Shown: one piece after another, positions 1-14,000 of the stretch | Layout: each line of letters starts with the position of its first letter | Numbering within the stretch: position 1 is the stretch's first letter | From: Girardia tigrina | Lineage: Eukaryota | Reading direction: 5' to 3' | DNA length: 51,367 nucleotides | NCBI GenBank assembly: GCA_001938485.1 | Contig: MQRK01250761.1 | Coordinates: 1-51,367 of the forward strand | Notes under the pieces: model-generated | Databases searched by the model: none | Told to the model about the DNA's origin: nothing | What the model saw: the letters and a program-made list of their open reading frames with translations, nothing else | Translations under genes and position numbers: made by a program

Positions 1-230
1 CGCTAATCCGGGTTTTGAGATGACAATTTGTCTCTCCGATGTACGAGTTTTGACACCCGTGACAATTAAATTTATATACCAGATTAGCTTGCAAATCACA
101 AACTGTTTTCGATTTGTTTTATTATGTACAGATACACGAGTTAAAAAACAAATAAAACAAGAAAATACTGAAGAATACAAAAAAATCATTAAAATTCCAT
201 ATTCTGAAGGATTTAGAGCGTTTAAGATGA
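1..230. mobile_element. Rearranged Penelope-like element fragments (GIY-YIG piece on - strand, RT C-terminal piece on + strand)
   Basis: Reverse complement of 1-95 reads NLVYKFNCHGCQNSYIGETNCHLKTRIS. 125-230 is an inverted homologue of 2221-2322 and also matches 5363-5440. Confidence 0.7.
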
Positions 231-251
231 GTATTTGTAGAACAATAAGTA

Positions 252-1183
252 GTGCTAAAGTGTCTCTGTCACATCCAAAGTTCAAAGTTTCCTCTCAAAC
301 AAATCGAAAACAGTTATGTAGTTATTAAGAAGTACAGAGATGGTTTGTCTTTTAAAAGACAATTAAAGGGTGTTGCCAGAAACAAAAGCTTGGATACTCA
401 GCATATTGCCACTTTAAGAACATGCATTGAAGAGAATAGTGGTACAAGTCTCAATTCTTTAAGATTAAAATTCATCGAAGCTTACCAGCTTAGTGCTTGT
501 ATTTCTACTGTCGACAGATATGTCAAAGAATTCCATTACACAATAAAGCGGCTATATAATGTCTCACAAAGAAGAAACGACGTGGATGTGATTAATACAA
601 GAGCCAATTATGCAAATCATTGACTTTATATGAAGACGCGTCTAATGTATTATTTCTTGATGAAGTTGATTTTAATGTATCACTGAGAACGCGACGAAGG
701 AGAGCGCTGATCGGACAAAGAGCTGTTCATACACTTTCAAACTTACGTAGCAGGAACATTTCCGTTTGTTGTAGAATGAACATAAATGGAATTATCGGCT
801 ACAGACCATATAATACAGAGTTCTTTCTTTTGTTTTTAGACGAACTTTTGGAGAATTTAGCAAACCAGGACAGGCGAAACATGATAATTGTTTTGGATAA
901 TGTTCCCTTTCATAGGTCAACCATAATAAGTGAAAGAATACGACAGTCAAAACTCGAATATTGTTGCTTCCGGCCTATTCATCATTCTTAAACCCGATAG
1001 AAAATTTATTCTCCCAATGGAAGCAGATTGTTCGAAATTCCAACTGTCAGAATGAAAATGAACTTTTTGAGGCGATACAAAATGTGCAACGACAGATTAC
1101 ACTTGAAAACTGTAATAATTTTAATTTGCGTAGGTGTAAGTTTATTGTTAGGCGTTGAAACAACAAAATGATTCACGATGGTT
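252..1183 (+). pseudogene. Tc1/IS630-type (DDE_3) transposase, disrupted by frameshifts
   Basis: Three overlapping ORFs carry an HTH-like region, VLFLDE, IVLDNVPFH and LPAYSSFLNPIENLFSQWK. Confidence 0.85.
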
Positions 1184-1594
1184 AAATAAAGTCTGTTATG
1201 TTACTTAGTTTTTTTTCTAAAAAAATAAATGTATTTTTAAAATTTTATTTCTTATTTTAATCACTGTTATTTACTTTTCTACATTTTTAATTTTTTGAGT
1301 TTGGAAAAGATTAATTTTTTTTACCATGATTCAAAATCGATTTGAAAGAATTAAAAAATTAAAAATGATTTGTAATCATTCAAAATGAAGCAAGAAACGG
1401 TGTGTATACAAAAATTATGTTAAAGCTTTGTTTAAGAAATTGATTACTGTACATATTTCGGAAATTCTTTTCCATGATTATATTTGTTTGTTTTTTATAT
1501 TCCTTTTTTATAAAGTGATTTTAGAGGGAAAAATTTATTTATTTAATTTAAGATCTTTTTGCATAATATAGGAAAAATTTTATAAAAATTTTAA

Positions 1595-2740
1595 TTAGAT
1601 TTGAAACGGCTTTACCTTGTTCATTTTGAATGTTTATTAATAGATTATTGTGTCTTATTAAGGATTCACAAAACTGCCGTTTGTAGTGGGAATTAAAGCC
1701 CTTCTGTAAAGCACAAAATTCATCCTTTAAAACAGAAGAGAGATTATATTTTTAAAATGCAACCAATGATCATGAATCTCACTCGATCGATTCGATTGTG
1801 AATGCTCACTTTTGGATTCATTCATCTTTTATAAAAATGATAAGAAGACAAAAACATTAAATAAATTTTATTTTTAAAAATACAAAATTACTTTTATTTC
1901 AATTTTGTGTGCTTCTAACATCATCTAATTGCATTTGCGCAATTTGACCTTTTTGTGGGTTGCTCGGGTTGATGTGATATCATCAACCAACTGTTGCACA
2001 ATCAGTAAAGTAAAGTTGTTACTTTAAAGTTTAAAGTTTAAACTCACTAATATGGGTTTTGAAATGACGACGTGCGAGTTTTTACACCCATGGCAATCAA
2101 ATTTATAAACCAGATTAGCTTGCAACTCACAAATCGTTTTTGATTTATTCAAGAGGACGTTTTGAACTTTTAATGTCATTGAAACAACTTTGATAAAACT
2201 TATTTTTTTGCGAATAACTCTTCTTAAATGCTTTAAATCCTTCAGAATATGGTATTTTGATTGGTTTTGTGCTTTTCAATGTTTTCTTCATTTATTCCGT
2301 TCTTAACCAGTGTTTGTGTACATGTTGGCTCTCAAGCGTCCTCTAAGAATATTTAAACTATGATTCGAGGCTTCAAAATTTGAAGACAAACTCCGAACTC
2401 TGTGAACTAAGCTCTTTATCATACTTTCTCTATATTTTTTCTCACGAAAGTTCTGTTGTGTTGTCTTGTATATGTAGTCTTTCTGTATAATTCAGTTCGA
2501 TATTTCCCATTCATTCTAGTAACAAGAATGTCAAGAAAAGGAATTTTGTTATTAATTTCCTATTCTGTGCTGAATTTGATTTTAGGATTAAGGTAATTCA
2601 AGAATGTTAAGAATGTTGCTGCAAGGATTTGATTTTTGAAAGCAAGATAGATGTCATTTACAGATCTTTTGTGGAGCATAGGTTTTTTGCTAGGATATGT
2701 ATCGATTTTACCCTCAGAAGACTTCATAAAAATACTCTTT
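1595..2740 (-). mobile_element. Degenerate Penelope-like retroelement (RT plus GIY-YIG), interrupted at 1811-2042
   Basis: Minus-strand translation gives KRSVNDIYL (decayed YVDD), LNYLNPKIKFSTE*EINNKIPFLDILV, NLVYKFDCHGC and RQFCESL. Confidence 0.8.
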
Positions 2741-2894
2741 GTTTAAAAAGTAACAAATATAATTGCCGATGATGGCAAATGAATTCTGAAACATGTACAA
2801 AAACCAATTTCATAAAAAAAGCTTTGACCAAATTAATTTTAAAAAATGTTAAATTAGCTTTCACAATTCTTAGTTTATTTGAGTCAACTAATTT

Positions 2895-3625
2895 AATAAT
2901 AATTATAAGGAGTTAGTTAAAATTTTCGATTTGCTGAATAATTTAATGTTTTTAATTTAAAAATTTTGCAAAAATTAAATAATAAAAACAGTGTTTAAAA
3001 TCTAAAAAATCTAAAAGTTGATATATTTCAGTAGAAATTTTTAAAACAAGAACTTTAAAAGAAATAATAAAATAAATAAAAGTTATTGCGTAAATTTATA
3101 TATCAAGCTGGTACAAAAGTATTTTTACGAAATTAAATAGTTTTTTACAAAAATTATTTTAAAATTAGATGTATATATAAATGTAAAAATTAATTTTATT
3201 ATGTTTAGAATATTTTTTAAAAATTCATAATAAAGATTTAGTTTAAATAAAAATTTCTACAACTAGTATGCGCTTAATAATAAATATTTTTTAAATTTTA
3301 CAAATTGATTGCTTCTTATTTAAATAAAATAAATTAATTTTATAGTTAATAAAATTTTATAAAATCATTCTAAAAATAATAAAAAAGTTTGAATTAAAAA
3401 GAAATGTTCAAAAATATGTTATAGAATATAATAAATCATTTTTAAATTTAAAATATTTTTTACAAATTGAAAGTAAATTTTATGAGGCGAGACGAACATT
3501 TTAATTAGCGAAAATTTGTTTGAAAATCTCGATTTGTGATATTAATAAAAATTTTGATGTTGAATTATGAATATTGAATCTGATAATGATGAAAGGGACA
3601 TAAACGCTACTGACAATAATAATTA
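2895..3625 (+). mobile_element. Probable LTR plus PBS plus gag start of an LTR retrotransposon (family B; homologues at ~33030-33550 on - and ~44698-45245 on +)
   Basis: Shared AT-rich segment followed by T(G/A)GTG-type motif; 3557-3625 closely matches the reverse complement of 33030-33095 (MNIESDNDERDINAT / [14 protein letters not shown]). Boundaries approximate. Confidence 0.45.
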
Positions 3626-5893
3626 ATAATTAGACGTGTAATTTGATTAATTAAGGCGAAATAGGCACAAAATAAAAATCGACCAACATAAATTAGACTG
3701 TTTTTACTAGGTCACTTAAGCTCATTTGTTTGTGTATCAAATTGAGGGTCGACTTCCATATTCTCCCAGACAAAAATAAAACATTATCAAACCTTATAAA
3801 AACACGATCCGTGTTTTGAATATTTGCTGGTATTAACTGATTCTAATTAAATACTTTTCAAAGAAATGGCCATAAAATCTGCTGCGTTTATGTAAATATG
3901 TTCATTAATTTTAAATTTTATATTATTTGAAACATTCGCTAACATTTGGTGGGCCTAAACACACCAGCTCTGTCCTCAAATCCTAACTCTAACCGAAATT
4001 TCTATAAAACTAAAATTTAATGAATGATTAAAAAAGATTTTCAGTATTACTTTTTAAAATGTATTTTATTAGAATAAGCTCATTTGTATTTTTCGATCAA
4101 TCTTGTGATTCATATTTGAGAAGGAATCCAAATAGTTTTCAGGTCATTAGAAATGCAAAGATTTAAGATTATTTTCACAATGTCTTTTTCTTTGGCTGGT
4201 AGAATATGGAAGGCGTACCAAGATAATGTTTAAGCATTGACACGCGTCCAGGTCTTGTAGTTTAATAGTTTGACCAAGTTGTTACGCAAGATTAAGCAAA
4301 TAATAATCGATTGTGTAATCACTTGATTCAAACAAAATAATCCTAAAATAAGAATCAACGAAATTAAAATACCTTGTTTTCATGGCGATAGTTTGATCCA
4401 TTCATTTGTGTATCAAGTTAATTGCGGATTTATGAAGAAAAAATCGACAATCAGTGGTCTGAGTTGGCGTCAGCAAGTGATGTCACACCGAATTGAGCAT
4501 GTCCAGACAAGAAAGTCCTGGTTGAAACTCACGACACCGCATCCATCTATAATCTAAATCAGCTTATGGTGGGATAAGATTGAATGTAAAATTCTCTTGT
4601 CCCACTAAGACACATCCACTGTCCAGTATGGTATGTTAGGCTTTTTCAGCTTTCTAGAGAGGTTCTTTGAGTTTGCTTATTATTATTTAGAGTTCAATAA
4701 GCTTCAAATGTGCATTTTCCACTTGATGATGTCCCTGGTCATATAGATGATGTTGTTACATAGTTGCACTGAATGAATATAGTGAATGCTTTAGATCTAG
4801 AAACAGTTCAGACTTGAGCCTCGTTGAAAACCTGATAATAATACGTATGAAAGTGCTCTCTTTATGTTTACTAGTCCTTCTGAAATAAGAAATGCAATAC
4901 AAACTGCCGTTTTTTCTTTCCTAAATGAATAAACATAAGGCGTTACAAAATGCTCTGAAGGTTGTTAATTGCATGCATTCATTTGGTACATAACAATACT
5001 CGAATATTTTATAACTTTCGACAATAAAATTAATTCTTGTTTCAAATTAATAATTAATTATTGTATGAATTGCTGCGTATGAAATGCCTAGCAGTAAACA
5101 ATCACGTTAATTACCATCCAAACAGCTCTGAGGTCCTATGGAAGCACCACGATCTCGTTTGTTCATCGAGTAGCACCAAAATATCATCAAATAACTATTC
5201 CTTGTTAAATTAAAAATGCCTATGGATTTCCTTAGTTTAAGATTAATTATTTAACATGTGGGCCTCTGTACCTGATTGGGTACAGTGAAACAATTGAAGG
5301 TAGTTGTAATTTTTTACTTATTGCTGCTGGAACACAACATTAGGGTAACATTAGACAAATCGTGTACAGATTCACGAATTAGGAAACAATTAAAAGAAGA
5401 AAATACTGAAGAATACAAACAAATCTTTAAAATTCCATATTAAACGTTTTGTATTAATAAATTTTTTAGTTTTATTTTAGCGGTTAATGGGTTAAATATA
5501 TAAATTTTATATTCTGATTAATTTAATATTTAATTTATTGAATTAAAATTTTCACGTTTATGATTTACGATTTTAATTTGTTCACTTTGACATTTTCTAT
5601 GAACAATTTGATGGAACCCAAATGCGAACAAAGATGCGTTCAAGGTTTTTGAATCTTTGAAATTAATTATTGATAAACACTTGTTGATTATTTGTATTTG
5701 TGATTGCATTCGCCTACTGTTAACCTTTGCCGGAGATCTCCTTATCCGGTTGTCTTCTACTGTTTCCACTTGATCCATGCTGTTAGTACTCAAGTGAGGT
5801 GTAAAATGACATCTTTAGTATTTACAAGTCGCTTCAACTTAATCGTCCATGCAAGGATTAGACCGACTATCACACCATATAGACCTCTTGCTA

Positions 5894-7184
5894 CGTGGTG
5901 CGCTCCATAAGTAGTGAGCCTAACATAAAAAATAGTAAATTTTTCATAACAAGCAAGTTATAAAGGTATCATTTCTCAAAGAAATCTCCATTCACACCAA
6001 CATATTTTTTTCCAGCGCACAACAAGGTTCAGTAAGGCTTTTTCGAAAAATTTCTGTGGCTGTTGAGCCAAGAAATTTGAGACTGCATCCTTCAAGTCTT
6101 CTTTCGTAGCAAAATGTTGACCCCTGAGAGCTCGCTTGAGGTGGTTGAAGAGATGATTATCGGATGGCGCCAGATCCCGGCTGTATGGAGGGTGTGAGAG
6201 CAGGGTGAGGCCACAACCCTCAATTGATGACATTGACAGTCCACTTGTGTGGATGGGTGCATTGTCGTGCAAATAATGTAAATTACAAACTCTGCTCTTC
6301 CTTCTCAGCTTTCTGGCCTGTAGCACGAGCCGGAAATAGTATTACTGTTGATACGAACACCAGCTTCCGCAAAATCAGCAAGGATTTATTATTTGCATCT
6401 CATTATTTACTATTTGCATCTCACAAAGTGGTGAGCATGAGAGCTTTTTTGTGAGAGGTTGATGATTGCAACTTCTTCGAACACCCTTCCCCTGGCAGCT
6501 TCCACTCTTGAGATTCACGTCTTGATTTTGGGACATAAAGGGCAAGTGGTGTTTCATCCATTCCATTAATATACTGTAAGAAGCGGTCTCCAATACATTC
6601 ATAGATGTTTAAGTTTTCCTGACAGTACATCAATCGCCGATCCTTCATGTCTGCTGTTTAAAACGGTGGCACGAAGCATGAACACAATTTTCTAATTCCA
6701 GTTTCCGCAAGCAGTGATTGTATGGTACCTGTGCTGACATTTAATCGCATTGTCAGTTCTCTGGTGGTGATTCGTTGCTCACACTGCACGATTTCCTTGA
6801 GTTTTTTCACTATTTCTTCGCCAATTTCACGTGGCCTACCTGACTTTTCTTCATCAAAAACAGACGTTCGACCATCTCGAAAATGGATGAACCATCATTT
6901 GACAGTAGATATGGATGGACTCTCTTCACCATAAACAGAACTAAGCTCCACGAATATTTCTTCCCGGCTTTTCCCTTTCATTAACAAGAAACGAATAACA
7001 CTTTGATACTGGACGTTTTCCAATGACATTTTCGAATTTATGCGCTCTCTAACCTCAACACAAATAATAGATTAAAACAAAAATCACAAATATTACCATA
7101 ATAACTTGTTTGTTATGAAAAAAAATTCAACGGAATCAGAATATTATTTCTATGTTAGGGTCACTACTTATTGAGCGCACCACG
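5894..7184 (-). mobile_element. Full-length mariner (DD34D) transposon with frameshifted transposase
   Basis: TIRs CGTGGTGCGCTC(C/A)ATAAGTAGTGA at both ends with TA on each side; 1291 bp. ATG at 7029 (MSLENVQYQSVIRFL...KSGRP); motifs MDET, LHDNAPIH and HPPYSRDLAPSD. Confidence 0.95.
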
Positions 7185-7667
7185 TATGGTCTTGTGGTGG
7201 GTACATAATTGTATGAATTGCTTTCTAAATGGCCATTTCATTCCCAGAAAAAGATCGTTTGTCTTGACCCTCCACTCGAATTAGTGAATCAGCTAATGAT
7301 CAATTTTATCGAATGATAATTAAATGTGAATGATCGAAAATCAGACGAGTTTTATTAAATTAAATAAATTGAATAATTATTATATAAATATCAATATTGA
7401 ACGAAGACCAATTTGAAATACATCGTTTGTTTGAAATGAGTGCCAGTGATTGGTTAAGTGATAAATGCGTTATCGCGCGTGTGTGTGTGCATGAGTCACT
7501 GCACTATTTGTACAGAGGGGTGTGTGCACATCAGTCCATCAAGTGAATCTGGCCTGCACCGCGTCACGATATCAGAGGTGAAAACACCATTCGATTGTCT
7601 CATTGGTCAGTTACCACTATACAATTGAAATTTCGCACTTAGACTTGTATCAGTAGCACAATTGACG

Positions 7668-8041
7668 ATGATCCATCCCTTACAGGGTTCTCAGGAGAAT
7701 ATCGGCCATAAGCCTCCGGATAACGTGATCCAGATGAGAGACCTCCGGTCGAAGAATGACATGACCGGTCCTTCTAAGAAGAGTCATCAACAGCGACAGA
7801 GTAAAAACAACGGATCTCCGTATCCTGTCGGAACATATCGTCCCTATGACGTTTACGATTCTGTTCCGGTGCCAGACGCGTTCCAGCGACGACATAGTAT
7901 GGATTCCCTGTACAATGTTGACAACCGAAAGATGCCACAGAAGGGCAGCGTCCTCTCTTTCCACAACATCAAGTACAAGGCCAAGTCGAAGAAGTATCCG
8001 TGGAGTAAATCCGAATCGAAAACGATCCTGGATAATGTCAG
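7668..8041 (+). CDS. ABCG2: ABCG2-like exon 1 (long low-complexity N-terminus plus start of NBD)
   Basis: ATG at 7668; encodes [12 protein letters not shown]...KTILDNV; donor AG|GTACTT at 8042. An upstream non-coding or coding exon is not excluded. Confidence 0.85.
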
Positions 8042-11000
8042 GTACTTGCTGTCGGATAATGAGCGATGAGATTGATGGGTCAATGTTCTTTCCATTCAGC
8101 GGTATCATGCTCCCGGGCATCAACGCCATCATGGGACCCTCCGGCAGCGGAAAATCATCGTAAGTATTTCTATTTATTGCGAATGATTTATTAACTTATG
8201 ATATCAGTACATTATTATTTATCCATGGAAATAATTTTTATACAAAAAATTAAAACAAGACGATCACTGATCTGGTATACAAATGGTTGTCTTAAAGGTA
8301 AGATACATAAATAAAGTTGAGTAGATCGAGTAAGATGCTTAATCATAATGAATGTTGCTAGGGTAAAACTGCAAAAGATTCGAGTTTCTGTTAAAGATCG
8401 ATTCAAATGTTAGGGATCGTTCAAATTTATGATATTTTTACATTAAACTAATTTCGACTACTATTTCCCTTATTCCTGCTACTTTTTATTTAATATTACA
8501 TAAATTTATTTTCAGTGTCCGACCATGATTTATGGCTAAGTATCACTTACTTGGATGCGCGTGGAGACATTTCGCCATAAACAAACAAGTTTCAAACACA
8601 TCTATCGTTTTTTAGAAGTTGCTTTTCCAGCGAATGATTTCATACATAAAATGTGTCGCCTTGATGAACCATAAAGCTCTCTAATCAAAATCCCGTATTT
8701 CCAAAGTTTTCTTTGATAAGGGCGTTAAAGTGACATATTCCTCTACATTGGAAATGTGGTGTTTGTATAGTACCGAACAATGCATAACATAGGATAGCAT
8801 ATTTTCACTTTCATTTCCTCGCGCGATAATACGTCTTTATCAAATAGTCTTCCCCTAGCCGTAAGACCACAATTCATCAAGCATAATGTGAGTATTCTTA
8901 TTTTCTCAAAACATCAATATAATATCTAGAATATACTTAATGTCTTCTTTTGCTTCATGTAAATATTTTTTTGAGTTTTTTTGTTGTTGACTTCACCTGT
9001 TTCTCTTGATAAATATTCTTATTTTCATAACGCATTGTTATCTTTTCTTTGTGATGATGTTCTCATTGGAAATAGCCTTCCAGTCTTTGCCATAAATACA
9101 TTTTCACTTTTGGTAACTGTTGTCATTATTTCTATTTATGGTATATTAGGTTGGCAGAAAATTTTTGCATCTTTTAGGTTGTTAATTTCAAAATCTATAT
9201 CTTTCATTATCTTTGTTCTTTATCTTTTTATTCCATCTATCTGTATTCTACAACCGAAATAAGAACCATTATAATCAGCACATTTTTGTCAACGAATCAT
9301 AAGGCGATTGATTCCATCAGCGAAAACATTTGGTATTCAGGATTCAATGAAGTCGACGAATGTTCCTTTTACTTGGTCTTGATTGACAAAGATCCAACAA
9401 TGAGAAAGTTATCTAGATATTTGAAAAAGTGGTAATCCGTTGTCGAAAGATCTTGGGAGTATAGTTGATGAGGGAGAATTTGGATCTCCAAATCGTTCAA
9501 TTCTTATACAATGATTCGTGAAACGTGCAGTTTGAAATTGCCATTCAAAAGTATTGGACCCCCTATTCTCTAATTCTAGCTGCTGTTGACGTAATTTTTC
9601 AAATGTATAATCAATATCGTAACATTTGAACTCTGTTGAATTATTCGGACACGTTTCCAATAATGTGAAGTGACACCTGTCAACGACCCTCATACTGTAA
9701 CCATAATCTTTTTTGTTGTTTTGTGTCTTTTAAAAGTGTTTGGTGGGCTAATTCTTCTCCAGTCACCATCGGGAACGCTTCTGGTTTTCAAACAGACTAA
9801 ACTTTTAATTAAATTTAATAATGCAGTTCAAAATGGGTCATTCTTGCTAAGCAAAATTTGAGAAGAAGAAACTTAAACAGTGAAAATAAAAGGCTATCAT
9901 AAAAATCATGACGGACTATTTTTCAAGTTTCTTTACATACCCAATTCGATTAAAAGCCTATTCAACGTATGGTGATTAATATTAAATTTTCCAGTCATGA
10001 CTCGAGTTGTCTGAAATAAGTCGGCTTCGACCAAAACTTTCATTTTGTGATTCTGATTACTGTATGTCGACCGCTTCTTAGTATATCTTCAACATCCGAA
10101 TCGCCAGTATTAAGAACATTTAAACAAGTCTCGTTTGAAGTTTTATTACAATCACATTTAGAGTTATTATGACTCTCAGAAGGTCTTTCATCGTTTGTCA
10201 TCATTCTAATAGGTTTTCTTATTTCTGTTTTTAATCATGATTATTCGAACAATTTTTCTAAGTCATTTTTTAAAATATTTAACTTTAAAAAATTATTAAT
10301 TAAAAATAATAATTTTTAACATTTCTCAATAAATCCCAAAATAATAAAAATGTCATCAAATTATTAAAAATGCATTTAATTTAAATTTTACTAAAAATAT
10401 TAAACCTAATTTTAATTGTCAAATAAAAAATATGAACTTATCAAATTATTATTTTAATTATGTTCGAATAGTCAGTCACTTTAAATTTAATTAAAAAAAA
10501 TACCAATTTCCATCTGGGTGGAGAATCACCATTCTAAATTCAATATGCTTAAATCAACATACAGCATCACTACATTTATACATTCAAACAATTTAAAATA
10601 TTCATCACATCCCCCTCGGTTTAAATGGCTTTAGATCTTGCCGTCCTCTAGTTGTATCTCATAACTTCTTTCGTGTCTTTGCTTTATAATTTAGCTGGTC
10701 CCATATAACGGTCATCATCTTTTGAGGGTTCCACGTCAAAACGCCGCAAACAAAAACGCCGCGGACAAAACACCGCGGACTAAACGCCGCGTGACAAAAA
10801 CGCCGCATGACAAAAACGCCGCGAACAAAAACGCCGCGAACAAAAACGCCGCGGACAAAAACGCCGCGAACAAAAACGCCGCATGAAAAAACGTCGCGAA
10901 CAAAAACGCCTCGAACAAAAACGCCGCGGGTAAAACGCCGCGGACAAAAACGCCGCGTGACAAAAACGCCGCATGACAAAAATGCCGCCGAATTTTAGGA

Positions 11001-14000
11001 ATTTTAGTAATAAAATGAAATAATTTGTTTTTAATTGGGAATTTTAGTAATAAAATGAAATAATTTGTTATTAATTAGGAATTTTAGGAATAAATGAAAT
11101 AATTTGTTATTAATTAGGAATTTTAGGAATAAATGAAATAATTTGAAATGAATTAGGAATTTTAGGAATAAATGAAATAATTTGTTATTAATTAGGAATT
11201 TTAGTAATAAATGAAATAATTTGTTATTTATTAGGAATTTTAGGAATAAAATGAAATAATTTGAAATGANNNNNNNNNNNNNNNNNNNNNNNNNNNNNNN
11301 NNNNNNNNNNNNNNNNNNNNNNNNNNNNNNNNNNNNNNNNNNNNNNNNNNNNNNNNNNNNNNNNNNNNNNNNNNNNNNNNNNNNNNNNNNNNNNNNNNNN
11401 NNNNNNNNNNNNNNNNNNNNNNNNNNNNNNNNNNNNNNNNNNNNNNNNNNNNNNNNNNNNNNNNNNNNNNNNNNNNNNNNNNNNNNNNNNNNNNNNNNNN
11501 NNNNNNNNNNNNNNNNNNNNNNNNNNNNNNNNNNNNNNNNNNNNNNNNNNNNNNNNNNNNNNNNNNNNNNNNNNNNNNNNNNNNNNNNNNNNNNNNNNNN
11601 NNNNNNNNNNNNNNNNNNNNNNNNNNNNNNNNNNNNNNNNNNNNNNNNNNNNNNNNNNNNNNNNNNNNNNNNNNNNNNNNNNNNNNNNNNNNNNNNNNNN
11701 NNNNNNNNNNNNNNNNNNNNNNNNNNNNNNNNNNNNNNNNNNNNNNNNNNNNNNNNNNNNNNNNNNNNNNNNNNNNNNNNNNNNNNNNNNNNNNNNNNNN
11801 NNNNNNNNNNNNNNNNNNNNNNNNNNNNNNNNNNNNNNNNNNNNNNNNATAATGTTAATTAAAAAATATTAATAAATATGAAATTTTTTGAAAACACTAA
11901 AGACTGTAAGAAATTTTTATTACAATAACATAATCATATTACACAGATTGTAAATAAAAACAGTGTGTTATACCTCTTAAATAATCCACCATATTTCTCT
12001 CTCCATAGCCTTGCACAATTTTGAATAATCTACTGGCGACATCCTTATAATTTTTCCTTCCCTGTCTCGCTTCCATACCTGAAATTGCTTGTTCAAGCTT
12101 TATTTCATTTAAATTCTGCTCTTTCTTCAAATTCTCAATGAATTTCCAAATGTTTGGATGGTGTAAGCTTAAGAGAGAGGAAAAAGACCTGTGCCACTCC
12201 TCAATTTGATTATTTGTTTTAGGGATGCTAAAATTCCGGTCTATATNNNNTTCCGGTCTATATGAAACGATCTATTTCTTAAGTCTGAATTATTTACACG
12301 AAGAGATCGACAGCGGATGAATTCCTGTGCTGGAAATATATAGTTACAACGACGTCAAGACGTAATTGACGCTGGTGTTGCTTGACAAGTGAGGTGTGTC
12401 TGAATTCATGTCTGTGTGCGTGTGTGCATTGACTTGTGTTGACATTGATCAATGAAGACCTGCCGGTCGATTCTCTGAATCATTGTCACATTTTTTCATT
12501 ATTATCAATGCTAATTAAGCATTGAGTATTTGGTGTGCTCACACCGCAGTAACCACCAGTATGAAATATTGGCATTCGATCAATTTGAAATGAGGGCGGT
12601 GAAGATGTTTGTTAAAGGTGAAGTAGGTATCTCCACGATAAAGACCGGAGTCTGGACACTGATTCAAGAATTGAACTGACTGATTTAAACAATCTCAGGA
12701 ATTTCATATATTCAATATTGTTTGTATAATTTGACGTGAGCTTTTTAATCTATGAATATCGACGCGAGCTAATTATTGTCAATACAATTTTTATTAGACA
12801 AATCAACAACAATGAACTATGTATTCACTTGGCAGTTTGACTCTAGATATCACGGTCCTTCGGTAGACTGTTGTGTGAAGATTAGGCCGTTGTTGTCAGA
12901 TATAAAGGACCACGGAAGACGCCTGAATGGATTCTAGCAGAGGCCACGGGCATCTTCATTCTGCACCGAGACACAATAGATTGCTGCTTTTCTATGCTCC
13001 CTCTTCTTATTTGACTGCGTTGAGCTAGTCGTCCTTATTGCTAACAATTGACGATAGGAAGTAAGCGTATCGACTGGAACTGTTTGTCTCTGCGTCTGAC
13101 AATTGGGACGTTTGAGTGTGCTCAATTAAAACAACTTAATGAAAAGAGAATCACAGCCAATATTTTACTAAAACTCACGAATTTTCGTTCACTACTTTCA
13201 GTGTTCTTTTATGGAGCAAATTATTAATTAATGTCATTTAAATTATCAGTGTAATTATTTATTTTATTTTAAATACAAAGCATACGAAGCAAATATAGAT
13301 TTGACAAAATAATACCCGAATTTATTCTGTCAAGTCACAATAGAGGAGTCTGGAAATTGCTAAACAATTCTTTGTTTAAATGAGTTGCTGTTTGTCAACA
13401 CGTCACTTCATCTTGCTTGAATAGGTCTCATCTCTCTCATCCTGCCCTTTTGTTTTTTTGGAATTGTTTTAACGCTAATATTTTGATAATGTTTTATAGA
13501 TTATGCTTCATCAACTATTGGTATTTTATTTATACTAGTTGTAGCCTCAAGCATGTATTATATTGGGAATATTCGTTCACACGTTTCCCTGTTCTCAAAG
13601 AGAGTTGTCCTATTTGCATTTCCTGCATGTTCTGCTATTCATAATTGTCTGTGCTCATTAAATACCTTAATTTTTTGCTTTTGAGTTACTTCTGGGTTTT
13701 GTGTATATGTTTGAATATTTTATTCAAAGATTCTATGCGGTTACATCTTGGTAAGAAAAAAGTCTCTAATGAAGAGGGTTCTGGAAATTACTTGGTACTT
13801 GAAGAGCTGGTGGTTGTATTGCTGGAATGTCTTTTTGGAGTCATACCCATTGATTTTCTTTCTATTTACAGGTTTGGCTCAAAAGTTTCTGCCGATGAAT
13901 AAAGCTTTCTAAAATTAGTTCTATGCATTCGCGGTAAATGAAATTCTCACCTTTTTTCAGTAGTTTTGTTAACGTATATGTTAAAATTTTCACAATTTGA

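Noticed and set aside
7680-8132. 150-aa antisense ORF over exons 1-2
   Set aside because: Shadow of GC-richer coding sequence; no recognisable motifs.
8925-9252. Possible solo LTR (TCTAGAATA...TATTCTACA)
   Set aside because: No TSD and no second copy seen.
10659-10998. Repetitive ORFs (RGVFV, AAFLF, TKTPR) and a CRISPR-like appearance
   Set aside because: These are translations of a 15-bp tandem repeat. There are no unique spacers and no cas genes, and the context is eukaryotic.
11266-11862. Long poly-X ORFs (also 21584-21793 and 24846-25880)
   Set aside because: Artefacts of N gaps.
12234-12263. TTCCGGTCTATAT duplicated around NNNN, resembling a TSD
   Set aside because: Most likely an unmerged contig overlap.
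12250-13130. GC-richer intronic block with short ORFs; possible nested gene
   Set aside because: No recognisable protein and no consistent splice chain found by eye; could be regulatory but unsupported.
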